Assembly: GCA_963662335.2 (NCBI GenBank) | Contig: CAXXVD010000004.1 | Coordinates: 203,366-267,365, forward strand | Direction: 5' to 3' | From: Chloroflexota bacterium | Lineage (GTDB): Bacteria; Chloroflexota; UBA11872; VXOZ01 | Length of the DNA: 64,000 bases | Shown: piece after piece, positions 51,996 to 60,943 of the stretch | Numbering within the stretch: position 1 is the first letter of the stretch | Layout of the letters: each line of letters opens with the position of its first letter | Notes under the pieces: model-generated | The model's database searches: none | What the model was told of the DNA's origin: nothing | Seen by the model: only the letters and a program-made list of their open reading frames with translations | Made by a program: the position numbers and the translations under genes

Positions 51996-53927
51996 GTGGG
52001 TCAACAACCGCTCACGCTGAAATTCCTCGGCGCATTGGTGGAGCAGCTGGGTGCCCAGTTGTACCCTAGTGCTACGGCCACTGTTGCCGAACTCATCTCT
52101 AACGCTTGGGATGCAGACGCCCAGAACGTTTGGGTTGAGATTCCCTTTGGTACGTCGTGGACATCCGATGATGAGATAGTGGTTCTCGACGACGGCCATG
52201 GAATGACTAGAGAAGAAGCGCAACAACAGTATCTGATGGTCGGTCGCAAGCGCAGGCTGCAAGGTGGGAATTACACTCCCGGCGGACGGCTTGTGCACGG
52301 GCGTAAGGGCATCGGAAAGCTAGCGGCATTTGGTACTGCTAATACTCTTGACTGCTACAGCCTTCGAAGCGGGAGCGAGCTATCATTCCGGCTAGATTAC
52401 GAGCGTATTAGAAGATGTCAACCTGATGAAGAGTGCAGAATCGAAGAGGACGTGGACAAGGAACCTCTGCTTTCGCCGGAAGACATGCCCCTTTCGAGTG
52501 GAACTAGGATACGCTTGTCCAACCTCAAACTGAAGAGGGCCATTTCGGAAGGTCGCTTCATGAAGTCAATGTCGCGCAGATTTGCAATCGACCAGACAGA
52601 CATGCAGGTTTCAATCAACGGACGTCAATTGCAACGCTTTGATATGGAGGTAGAGTATCGGTTCCCCCAAGATGGCAAGCCTGAGGGTAGTAAGGTGATT
52701 GTCGGAGAAGACGGCTGGGGAACTGAATCGTTGCCCGATGGGAAGGAAGTCCGATGGTGGATAGGCTTTACGCCAAAGCCGCTTGAAGCTGAATACCTGC
52801 GGGGAATCTCAATCTTGGCACGGAACAAGATGCTCCAGCGACCGTTTATGTTCGAGCGTGCTCAAGGAGTGGAGGGGCAACTGGGCCAAGAGTACGTGGT
52901 GGGCGAAGTAAGTGCCGATTGGTTGGATACCGGTGTAGATATTGAAGATGACCTAGTCCAGACCAACCGTGACCAACTTCAACTTGAGGACGAAAGAGTA
53001 CAAGAGTTACTCAAGTGGGGCCGGCGCAGATTGGATTGGGCATTGTCCCAACGACTCCGGCGTCGTCGAGATAGAGCCGAAAAGACAGTAGAGGAACCAG
53101 ACATCCAGGATCTCCTACAAGACTTTACCCCTACAGAGCGGCACCATCTTAGCGAGATAGCAAACAAAGCATCTCAGATTGGCGATCCGGACCCTGCCTC
53201 TGTCCGCGACTTCATGGCGGAGGTAGTCAACGGGTTTAAGGACAAGGCGGTTCGCGAACTGATGGAAAGGGTCCGAGTCGAGGAATCTGGATTTCAGAGC
53301 AGCTTTTGGGGGCTCGTTCGAGAGTTTTCACTCATCGACGCCAGAAGAACCCTGAGTATCGTCCGGGCTAGGCTCGAGACAATTGACCGCTTGGACGCCG
53401 CGATCAAGGCCGGAGCTACGGAAGTTCCACACATACACGAGACCATCAAGGAATTCCCTTGGATCCTTGATCCTAGGTGGAGTCTTCTTGGCGATGAAGT
53501 TGACATTTCTACGTTTGCCGAGGAATACGAACCCACAGTCGATGGTGAGACGGGGCAAGTCTTGGACTTCCTCTTTATACTTCAACCTAAGGATCCTGCA
53601 CCCGCTGACGAGTTACTTGTCGTAGAGATCAAACGAGGACGAAAGTCAAATGGCAAGATACACTCTGTTAGCGAGCCGGAGGTCGACAAGTTCTATTCCT
53701 ATGTGTTAAGCGTCCAGGATCACTATCGATCTGGCAACACCAGCGCGCCATCTGTGAGTGGACTGATGATTGCAAATCGGTATTCACAACGCGCTGGCAG
53801 AAAAAGGAGGAGTCTGGAAAGTCTTCAGGACGTCAAACTAGAATTCAGAACATGGGACAGTGTGATTGACAACACCCGAAAACTCCATACTGGATGGTTG
53901 GAAGTTACCCAAGCGCACCCAAGGTAG
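51996..53927 (+). CDS. GHKL (MORC/MutL-like) ATPase with C-terminal PD-(D/E)xK nuclease-like domain
   Basis: ELISNAWDADA, DDGHGM, GRKGIGKLA, GTRIRL; C-terminal H.....PWIL...LDFL...VVEIKR; lower GC; GTG 51996 after G-rich RBS. Confidence 0.88.
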   Translation: MGQQPLTLKFLGALVEQLGAQLYPSATATVAELISNAWDADAQNVWVEIPFGTSWTSDDEIVVLDDGHGMTREEAQQQYLMVGRKRRLQGGNYTPGGRLVHGRKGIGKLAAFGTANTLDCYSLRSGSELSFRLDYERIRRCQPDEECRIEEDVDKEPLLSPEDMPLSSGTRIRLSNLKLKRAISEGRFMKSMSRRFAIDQTDMQVSINGRQLQRFDMEVEYRFPQDGKPEGSKVIVGEDGWGTESLPDGKEVRWWIGFTPKPLEAEYLRGISILARNKMLQRPFMFERAQGVEGQLGQEYVVGEVSADWLDTGVDIEDDLVQTNRDQLQLEDERVQELLKWGRRRLDWALSQRLRRRRDRAEKTVEEPDIQDLLQDFTPTERHHLSEIANKASQIGDPDPASVRDFMAEVVNGFKDKAVRELMERVRVEESGFQSSFWGLVREFSLIDARRTLSIVRARLETIDRLDAAIKAGATEVPHIHETIKEFPWILDPRWSLLGDEVDISTFAEEYEPTVDGETGQVLDFLFILQPKDPAPADELLVVEIKRGRKSNGKIHSVSEPEVDKFYSYVLSVQDHYRSGNTSAPSVSGLMIANRYSQRAGRKRRSLESLQDVKLEFRTWDSVIDNTRKLHTGWLEVTQAHPR

Positions 53928-53975
53928 AGTTGAATCTTCAACAAGACACTTTGCTCTAGTGGGCGACTCTAAGCA

Positions 53976-54410
53976 ATGGACATAATGACACCCACGCAGC
54001 GCTACCGCGCCATGGCGCACAACCGGGGCAGAACGCAACCGGAGCGCGCCTTGGCCTCTGGGCTGTGGCGTCGCGGACTCCGCTACTTCACTCACGAAGG
54101 GTACACGTCTGTCACGGGCAAGCGCCTGCGGGGCGACCCGGACTTGATCTTCGCGCGAAAGAGAGTAGTAGTTTTCGTAGACGGATGTTTTTGGCACGGG
54201 TGTCCGAAGTGCCAAAAACACGCTGGCTTGAGCGGTGACTTCTGGGTGAACAAGATACGGGGAACTAGAGAACGCGATCGGCGGGTTACGATCACGCTAG
54301 AGAGCGAAGGATGGACGGTTCTCCGTGTCTTCGAGCACGACGTTCGCACAAAGGCGGCGCTTGCGGATACTATCGAGGGTCTCGTGCCACGCATACGCGC
54401 TGCGTCCTGA
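53976..54410 (+). CDS. vsr: Very short patch repair endonuclease
   Basis: MD......R...M, TQPE, G.PDL.F, FVDGCFWHGCP, GWTVLRV.E. Confidence 0.93.
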   Translation: MDIMTPTQRYRAMAHNRGRTQPERALASGLWRRGLRYFTHEGYTSVTGKRLRGDPDLIFARKRVVVFVDGCFWHGCPKCQKHAGLSGDFWVNKIRGTRERDRRVTITLESEGWTVLRVFEHDVRTKAALADTIEGLVPRIRAAS

Positions 54411-54441
54411 AAACACGTTGTGGTCACAATTGGAGAGCAAG

Positions 54442-55758
54442 GTGGCTGGTCAGGCGATTCGCGACTTCATCATGCAGGAGAGGCCGGCGTCTGCTGCGCG
54501 CGGCACTGCCGTTTCCCTGTTTTCCGGGGCCGGTCTCAGTGACTTGGGCTACGAAATGGCCGGGTTCCACTTCCACGTCCAGGTGGAGAGGGACGAGCGG
54601 CGGGCCGCCATTGGGTCAGACAACTTTCCCGCGTCAACGTGGGTCACTGCGGACGTGCGCACGAGCGGAGACGAGATTGCCGCAGCCTACCGCGCTGCCA
54701 CCTCGCAGCGCCTTGACTTGCTGGTTGCGACTCCCCCGTGCCAGGGCATGAGCAGTTCAAACCCCAGCAGAGGCAAGCGGCAAACGCCAAAGGCTAGAGC
54801 GCTTGAAGACAAGAACCGACTGATGCTGGAAGTAATCCCGGTGGCTCGCCTGCTGAAACCACGGCTGATTGTAATTGAAAACGTGCGTCAGGTCTTGACT
54901 CTTGACGTGGAGCACGAGGGATCCAAGGGTAAACTCGTTGATCTGCTCGGCGCTGGGCTACCAGACTATCACGTCTTTTGCGGCGTGGTGAACGTCGCCG
55001 ATTACGGGATTCCCCAAGTGAGAAAGCGCGCTCTAATTGTGGCAGTAAACAAGAGTGAGACCTGGTTAGAGGCCGTGGCGACATCGGGTAGCAGGCCACG
55101 GCAAACTCATGCCGAACGTCCCACCAACGGAGAGTCGCCGTGGGTCAGCATTCGAGAATGGGCAGAAGTGATGGCCTACGAAACTCTGGACGCAAAGTCA
55201 AAGGATTCTGCTTGTGGCGCGCATCCTCTGCACTTTGTTCCGGTTTACGGCCCAGACCGCTATCAGCAGGTCAGCCAAATCCCCGCATACTCGGGCCGCA
55301 GCGCCTACGAGAACGACACCTGTCCATCGTGCGGAAAACATCCAGTTGACAGGGGCATGATTTCGTGCCCCGCCTGCGGCAATGTAATGCGCAACAGGCC
55401 TTACGTGGAACGAAACGGTAAACCGGCCTTGATCAAGGGGTTTCACTCAAGTTATCGACGCATGAGTCCAGACCGACCCGCTTATACCATTACCACCAAT
55501 TCAAGCCACGTTGGCAGCGACTTCAAGATTCACCCTTGGGAGAATAGGGTGCTCAGCATCCTCGAATGCGCCGACCTTCAGACCGTTCCAAGGTTCTATG
55601 ACTGGACCCGCGCACACCGGAGCAAAACGCTTTACATCATAAGGAATCTGATTGGTGAGGCATTCCCTCCCTACTTCACTTACCTCCACGGCCGGCTTCT
55701 AGCGGAGTTTCTATTTGACCGTACTCCATCGCGGTTGATTGAAAGACAGGCGAGTTAA
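54442..55758 (+). CDS. DNA (cytosine-5)-methyltransferase with zinc-ribbon insert
   Basis: Motif I SLFSGAG, IV PPCQGMS, VI IENV, VIII YGIPQ.RKR, IX R.LS..E...LQ, X IGEAFPP; start uncertain (54418/54442/54472). Confidence 0.9.
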   Translation: MAGQAIRDFIMQERPASAARGTAVSLFSGAGLSDLGYEMAGFHFHVQVERDERRAAIGSDNFPASTWVTADVRTSGDEIAAAYRAATSQRLDLLVATPPCQGMSSSNPSRGKRQTPKARALEDKNRLMLEVIPVARLLKPRLIVIENVRQVLTLDVEHEGSKGKLVDLLGAGLPDYHVFCGVVNVADYGIPQVRKRALIVAVNKSETWLEAVATSGSRPRQTHAERPTNGESPWVSIREWAEVMAYETLDAKSKDSACGAHPLHFVPVYGPDRYQQVSQIPAYSGRSAYENDTCPSCGKHPVDRGMISCPACGNVMRNRPYVERNGKPALIKGFHSSYRRMSPDRPAYTITTNSSHVGSDFKIHPWENRVLSILECADLQTVPRFYDWTRAHRSKTLYIIRNLIGEAFPPYFTYLHGRLLAEFLFDRTPSRLIERQAS

Positions 55759-55781
55759 GCGCACGCCCCTACCATGCCCTC

Positions 55782-55943
55782 GGTGGGCGGTACGTGCTGG
55801 TTGGGGGCGTGCCGTGCACGGTGTGCGAACGGTGCGGCGAGCGCTCCTTTAGCCGCGAGACTACCGAGAAGGTGCGGCGCCTGGCGCGGGGGCGCGCCGC
55901 AGCGCCGAAGTCCGTGCCCATGCAGGTTTGCGAATTCGCCTTG
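55782..55943 (+). pseudogene. YgiT-type zinc-finger (MqsA-like antitoxin) fragment lacking its N-terminus
   Basis: GRYVLVGGVPCTVCERCGERSFSRETTEKVRRL; first CxxC and a start codon not found. Confidence 0.65.
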
Positions 55944-55975
55944 CGGCGGCGGGGCGCGGCACACCAGAGGCGATT

Positions 55976-56179
55976 ATGCGCTACGCTGTGGTGATAGAGC
56001 AAGGCCCCGCCAGCTACGGCGCGCGCGTGCCGGATTTGCCCGGGTGCGTGGCGGCCGCGGCGACCAGAGAAGAGGTGTGCGCCCTGATCCGCGAGGCCAT
56101 ACGCCTCTACGTCGAGGCCCTGGAGGAAGACGGCATACCGGTTCCTGAGCCGCAACCTTACGAACTCATCGAAGTCTAG
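55976..56179 (+). CDS. HicB family antitoxin
   Basis: MRYAVVIE...YGA.VPDLPGC.A...T.EE....IREAI. Confidence 0.88.
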   Translation: MRYAVVIEQGPASYGARVPDLPGCVAAAATREEVCALIREAIRLYVEALEEDGIPVPEPQPYELIEV

Positions 56180-56218
56180 AGTGCCAACCATTTGGACTTA
56201 CTCTAGTGGAGATACGCT

Positions 56219-56449
56219 ATGAAATCGTTCGACAGGATTACCATCGATCCCGCGGTCATGGGGGGTAAGGCGTGCGTGCGCGGTATGCGCGTAACGGTCG
56301 GTACGGTGGTGGGGCTGTTGGCGGCCGGCCACTCACCCGCGGAGATACTGCGGGCCTATCCGTATCTTGAGCGGGAGGACATCGCTCAGTCTCTGGCCTA
56401 CGCCGCCTGGAGGCTGGAGGAACGGGAAGTTCCTCTCTCCACGCCATGA
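56219..56449 (+). CDS. DUF433 family antitoxin
   Basis: RITIDP.VMGGK.C.RGMR.TV, YP.L..EDI. Confidence 0.9.
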   Translation: MKSFDRITIDPAVMGGKACVRGMRVTVGTVVGLLAAGHSPAEILRAYPYLEREDIAQSLAYAAWRLEEREVPLSTP

Positions 56450-56814
56450 GGACAAAACTCCTGGTTGACATGAACCTCTCACCCGCATGGATACCGGTTC
56501 TGCGCAAGCACGGCTGGCACGCGGTGCACTGGTCTACCGTCGGCGACCCCAGAGCCAGCGACAAAGAGATCATGAGTTGGGCAGCCGGTCACCAGTTGGT
56601 CGTGTTCACCCACGATCTGGACTTCGGCGCCATGCTGGCGCTCTCGCACGAAGCGGGTCCGAGTGTGCTTCAGGTCCGGGCGGAAGACACGCTGCCGGAT
56701 TATCTGGAAGGGCCGGTCATCGCCGCTCTCAGCCAGCATGAAGCCGACTTGCTCGCTGGAGCCTTGGTCGTGGTTAACGAGCGCCGGAGCCGTGTGCGGG
56801 TTTTGCCGTTGTGA
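56446..56814 (+). CDS. DUF5615 PIN-like toxin
   Basis: LLVDMNLS, ASD..I..WA, T.DLDFG; ATGA overlap with DUF433 gene. Confidence 0.88.
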   Translation: MRTKLLVDMNLSPAWIPVLRKHGWHAVHWSTVGDPRASDKEIMSWAAGHQLVVFTHDLDFGAMLALSHEAGPSVLQVRAEDTLPDYLEGPVIAALSQHEADLLAGALVVVNERRSRVRVLPL

Positions 56815-57171
56815 AACCACGTAATGCGAGTACCTCATCGGCAGAGACCCATACGTCCGATTTGGCGCGGGTTAGGCGCAACGGCTGGATCTGCACACGC
56901 TGGAGACTGAGGCGCTGCCCCTGCACCGCGTCAAGGCGGGCTGATCCACGCTTTGGGGGAACGCATGATCCCCATGGTTGGGTGGAGTCGTCCGTAGGTG
57001 TGGCATAATGCTGGCGCAAGCGACGTGAGCGCTGCCGCTTAACTCTAATCCCGCAGGGTCTGCTCTGCCTTTGAGAGAGCCCCGTATTTGGGCGTACGTG
57101 GGATACAAGTCCGCTATCCTGGGCGCTAGCGGTTCTGACTGCTCGGATGAAATTTGCAACAACACTCGGCA

Positions 57172-57987
57172 ATGAATAGATTTACAGAGTTTGCAGAACG
57201 CATAGCAAACGCGCGCGCGTTCGAATTCGGCATCCTGGCGGTTATCATCGTCAACGCCGTGCTGCTGGGAGTTGAGACCTCGTCCGCGTTGGAAGCACAG
57301 TACGGCGATTGGATGCGCCGGGCAAACGAAGTCGCGCTGGCGATCTTCGTTTTGGAAGCGCTGCTCAAAATGACGGCGTCCAGCCCCCGGGTCACCGGCT
57401 ATTTTCGCGACGGCTGGAACATCTTCGACTTCCTGATCATCGTGCTCGCGCTAATTCCCGCGGCCGGGCAATTCGCCACCGTCGCCCGACTCGTGCGGCT
57501 GCTGCGGATCGTGCGCCTCGTTTCCACCATCCGCGAATTGCGGCTCATCGTCACGGCCCTGGTGCACTCCATACCGAGCGTCGGGCACGTGATGATGCTC
57601 ATGAGCATCATCGTCTACATCTACGCCATCATCGGCTACCACCTCTTCAGCGCGCACGACCCGGAAAACTGGCGCAGCCTCGGCATGGCCGTGCTGACGC
57701 TCTTCAACATCATCACGCTGGAAGGTTGGACCGTGGTGATGTTCAAGGCCATGGAACTGCATCCCCTCGCCTGGATCTACTTCGTCAGCTTCGTCGTCGT
57801 CGGCACGTTCGTCGTCATCAACCTCTTCATCGCCATCATCATCAACAACCTGGATGAGGCCAAACTGGAGCGCCTGCGCGACCTGGAAACGCCGGTATCC
57901 AGAGAGGAACTGCTGCGGGAGATCCGCTCCACCCAAGACGCGCTGCTCCGGCTGGAAGAACGCCTGCGGGACACCGAGCCGAAGTAG
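57172..57987 (+). CDS. Voltage-gated cation channel, BacNav-like 6TM
   Basis: WNIFDF S3, RLVRLLRIVRLV S4, TLEGW pore filter, INLFIAII S6, C-terminal coiled coil. Confidence 0.92.
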   Translation: MNRFTEFAERIANARAFEFGILAVIIVNAVLLGVETSSALEAQYGDWMRRANEVALAIFVLEALLKMTASSPRVTGYFRDGWNIFDFLIIVLALIPAAGQFATVARLVRLLRIVRLVSTIRELRLIVTALVHSIPSVGHVMMLMSIIVYIYAIIGYHLFSAHDPENWRSLGMAVLTLFNIITLEGWTVVMFKAMELHPLAWIYFVSFVVVGTFVVINLFIAIIINNLDEAKLERLRDLETPVSREELLREIRSTQDALLRLEERLRDTEPK

Positions 57988-58117
57988 GCTCAGTCCGTCC
58001 CGGCCAGTGCGTGCAGCGGGGTAGCAGGAGTGCGGAAAGCGTAGATCTTCGCTACCGGAGACCTCTGCAAGACTCCTTCCCCCTCGCTGGCTGTCAGGGG
58101 TAGGCAATTGTCATTCC

Positions 58118-58359
58118 TGTAAGTGTCAGGTAATTCGTTGACAGATTCCGCCTTCCGCGAGGCAACGGTGGTAGCCGCTGTCATTCTGAGCGCAGCGAGG
58201 AATCTAGGGCCGTCACGCAACAAGCCTCTCGCCTTATAGCACACTAGATTCCTCACTGCGCTGCGCTTCGTTCGGAATGACAGAAAAGACAGCTTTGCGT
58301 TGCACCCGGGTCACTCACTTTATCCAGCGATTCTGTCAACGAATTAGTCAACACTTACA
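58118..58359. mobile_element. 242-bp MITE with 28-bp imperfect terminal inverted repeats and 5-bp target duplication
   Basis: TGTAAGTGT-cagg-TAATTCGTTGACAGA ... TCTGTCAACGAATTA-gtca-ACACTTACA; ATTCC at 58113-58117 and 58360-58364. Confidence 0.82.
58178..58283. repeat. Inverted TGTC-family REP dimer inside the MITE
   Basis: CTGTCATTCTGAGCGCAGCGAGGAATCTAG ... CTAGATTCCTCACTGCGCTGCGCTTCGTTCGGAATGACAG. Confidence 0.88.
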
Positions 58360-58603
58360 ATTCCGAGCGCAGCGAGGAATCTAAAGATGCTGATTTTGCC
58401 GGGCGGCGCTTTAGATTCCGCGAACAGGGTTCGACACTTCGCTGCGCTCCGTTCGGAATGACTGGCGAAGTCGATTGTTGTATACCTACCCCTGTCAGCC
58501 CTCCATGGAGGAACGTTGGGATGGGCAGCGCAACTGCGTGACACCGCCGCCTGCGTGTATAATGACTCGGACCGCCGTTCGCAAGAGGCTTGGAGAGTAG
58601 CCC

Positions 58604-60352
58604 ATAGCAGCAGCCCCCGCTCAGAATCCGCGCTACGAGGCGCATGAGAACCCGCCCCTGCTGGCATCGTTGGGATACGGGTCTCAATTCAGCTTGCTCG
58701 CCTCCGCCACTTTGCTGGTCACGCCCGTCATCGTCGCGAAAGCCTCGGGGCGGGAAGACTCTTACCTGGTGTGGATGGTCTTTGCCTCCTTGCTCGTCGT
58801 CGGCGTCACCACGCTGCTGCAAGTGCGCGCCATTGGCCCGGTGGGCGGCCGCGCCGTGCTGCCCATGTTCACGGCGGCCTTTTCCATCCCGTTCTGCATT
58901 ACCGCGGTAGAAGACGGCGGGCCGGCGACCCTGGGCATGTTGGTAGTGGTCGCCGGCGTCTGCCAGCTTATCATCTCCAAGTGGCTTTTCATCCTGCGCC
59001 GCCTGGTCACGCCCACGGTGGGCGGCACGGTCATGATGATCCTCTCCATCACGTTGGCCTCCGTCGTCTTTGCGCTCCTGGATGAAGCATCGACTGCCGA
59101 GCCCACGTCCGCGACGGTGACCGCGCTGGCAACGCTGCTCGTCGTGGCGGTGCTCACGTTTCGCGGGAATCCCGTGCTGCGCCTGTGGGCCGCCCCAATC
59201 GGCATTGTGTTTGGCTGCCTGGTGGCTGCCGCCTTTGGCGTCTACGACATGGAGAGAGTCATCCAGGCGCCATGGGTAGGGCTGCCCAGCGAATGGCCGG
59301 ACCTCACGCCCAACTTTGGCATACCGTTCTGGACGATACTGCCTTCGTTCATATTCCTCGGCATCATCATCTCGATCCAGGCCAACGGCGAGTCCATCGC
59401 CCTGCAGCGGGTATCGAGCCGCGAGGATCAGGCGATCGACTTCCGGCAGGTGCAGGGCACGCTGGCGGGCGGCGGCATTGGCAACATCCTCAGCGGCCTC
59501 ATCGGCGCGGTGCCCGTGATCATCCATCCGGGCACAGTTGCCTTCACGCAAGTCACCGGCGTTGCTTCCCGCCGGGTCGGGTATCTCATTGGCGCGCTCT
59601 TCATCGCCATGGCCTTCCTGCCCAAGGTTTCCGGTTTGCTCAGCACCATTCCCGGCCCGGTCATGGCGGGCTACCTGACCCTGGTGACGGGAACGCTCTT
59701 CGTCGACGGCGCGCAACTAGTGATACAAAGCGAGCAAAACCGCCAAAAGGTCATCGTGGCCGGCGTCTCATTCTGGATTGGCGCCGCCTTCCAGTTCAAG
59801 CTCTTCGCTCTGCCGGCCCTGGGCCCGGTGTGGGATACGCTACTAAAGAGCGGCATTTCCACCGGCGGGTTTGCCGCCATTCTCATGCTGCTGTTTCTCG
59901 AGTTCACCACGCACCGCAGCATGCGCTTCATGTCGCAACTTCACATCGACGCGCTACCGGAACTCAATGAGTTCATCACCAGGTTCTCAGCCAGCCGCGG
60001 CTGGAGCCAGACGATGACCGACCGGCTGATGGCGGTTGGCGAAGAAACCCTGCTTACCCTGGCGCCGCTCGACCTGGACCTGGATAGCGACGACGATGAA
60101 GCCCAAGACGGGAGGCAATTGGTCGTCCTGGCCTCCAGCGAAGGCCCCGTGGCGGACCTGGAGTTCATCGGCGGCGGCGACGAAGAGAACCTGGAAGACC
60201 GCATCCGCCAACTCCAACAACACGATTCGGAAACCCCTATCGAACAGGAACTCTCCCTGCGCCTGCTCCGCGGCTTCGCCGACTCCGTAGAACACAAGCA
60301 ATACCAGGACAACGACGTCATCACCGTCCGCGTCACCGCGCCTGAGGACTAG
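58604..60352 (+). CDS. NCS2 (xanthine/uracil permease) family protein with C-terminal HATPase-like soluble domain
   Basis: RYE..E.PP N-terminus, TPTVGGTV, TGVASRRVG, PK...L.TIPGPV; about 140-aa acidic C-terminal domain; start ATA 58604 or TTG 58670. Confidence 0.85.
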   Translation: MAAAPAQNPRYEAHENPPLLASLGYGSQFSLLASATLLVTPVIVAKASGREDSYLVWMVFASLLVVGVTTLLQVRAIGPVGGRAVLPMFTAAFSIPFCITAVEDGGPATLGMLVVVAGVCQLIISKWLFILRRLVTPTVGGTVMMILSITLASVVFALLDEASTAEPTSATVTALATLLVVAVLTFRGNPVLRLWAAPIGIVFGCLVAAAFGVYDMERVIQAPWVGLPSEWPDLTPNFGIPFWTILPSFIFLGIIISIQANGESIALQRVSSREDQAIDFRQVQGTLAGGGIGNILSGLIGAVPVIIHPGTVAFTQVTGVASRRVGYLIGALFIAMAFLPKVSGLLSTIPGPVMAGYLTLVTGTLFVDGAQLVIQSEQNRQKVIVAGVSFWIGAAFQFKLFALPALGPVWDTLLKSGISTGGFAAILMLLFLEFTTHRSMRFMSQLHIDALPELNEFITRFSASRGWSQTMTDRLMAVGEETLLTLAPLDLDLDSDDDEAQDGRQLVVLASSEGPVADLEFIGGGDEENLEDRIRQLQQHDSETPIEQELSLRLLRGFADSVEHKQYQDNDVITVRVTAPED

Positions 60353-60567
60353 AAACATTCGCCCCTATGTGCGCCAAGTTTGTCGTCTCTGGGGTAGAGT
60401 TGACCCAAACGTACCATGGTTTGAAGCAATATCCAATTGTGCGGTTTTGATTTCTTCGGTGCCAATGGCGCGGTGACACGCCGGGAAGATTGCGAGAGTA
60501 ACTTCAAGTCCGAGGCGATGGTGTCAATCACTCATACTCATCATCAACTCTTGGGAGTAACGCGGCA

Positions 60568-60834
60568 ATGGCCAGAGTCCAGTTGATAATCTCCGATGAG
60601 GGCCGCGACCGTTTCGTGCAACAGGCGCGCAGGGAGGGGATGACCCTAAGCGCGTGGCTGCTGGCTGCCGCGCGCGAGCGGCTCGAAGCGCGAAAGCGCG
60701 TAGAACGGTTCGCATCCCCGGACGAACTACGGCGGTTCTTCGCGGCCTGCGATAGGCGGCGGGGCGCCGGCACGGAGCCTGATTGGGAAGAGCAGAAGCG
60801 GGCAACAGTTGTACGACCGCCGCAAGAGGCGTAG
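60568..60834 (+). CDS. Ribbon-helix-helix-like putative antitoxin
   Basis: MARVQLII......F..QARREG.TLSAWL; GGGAG RBS; no toxin follows. Confidence 0.6.
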   Translation: MARVQLIISDEGRDRFVQQARREGMTLSAWLLAAARERLEARKRVERFASPDELRRFFAACDRRRGAGTEPDWEEQKRATVVRPPQEA

Positions 60835-60943
60835 GAAAGTACCGAAAGAAGGCTGCATCCCGCTGGCAGCTAGCAGGAAGTAAAGGGACTTGGCTCCGCT
60901 CGGGCGGTGAAGGGGCGAGGAACCGCAGCGAAGGGAGACTCCC

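Noticed and set aside
56815-57150. Small ORFs or gene remnant between PIN toxin and channel
   Set aside because: No recognisable motif or consistent reading frame
58058-58076. IS5/IS1106-like terminal repeat GAGACCTCTGCAA
   Set aside because: Single short end, no partner end or transposase found
60353-60560. Lower-GC patch possibly encoding a small gene
   Set aside because: No convincing ORF or motif; treated as island debris
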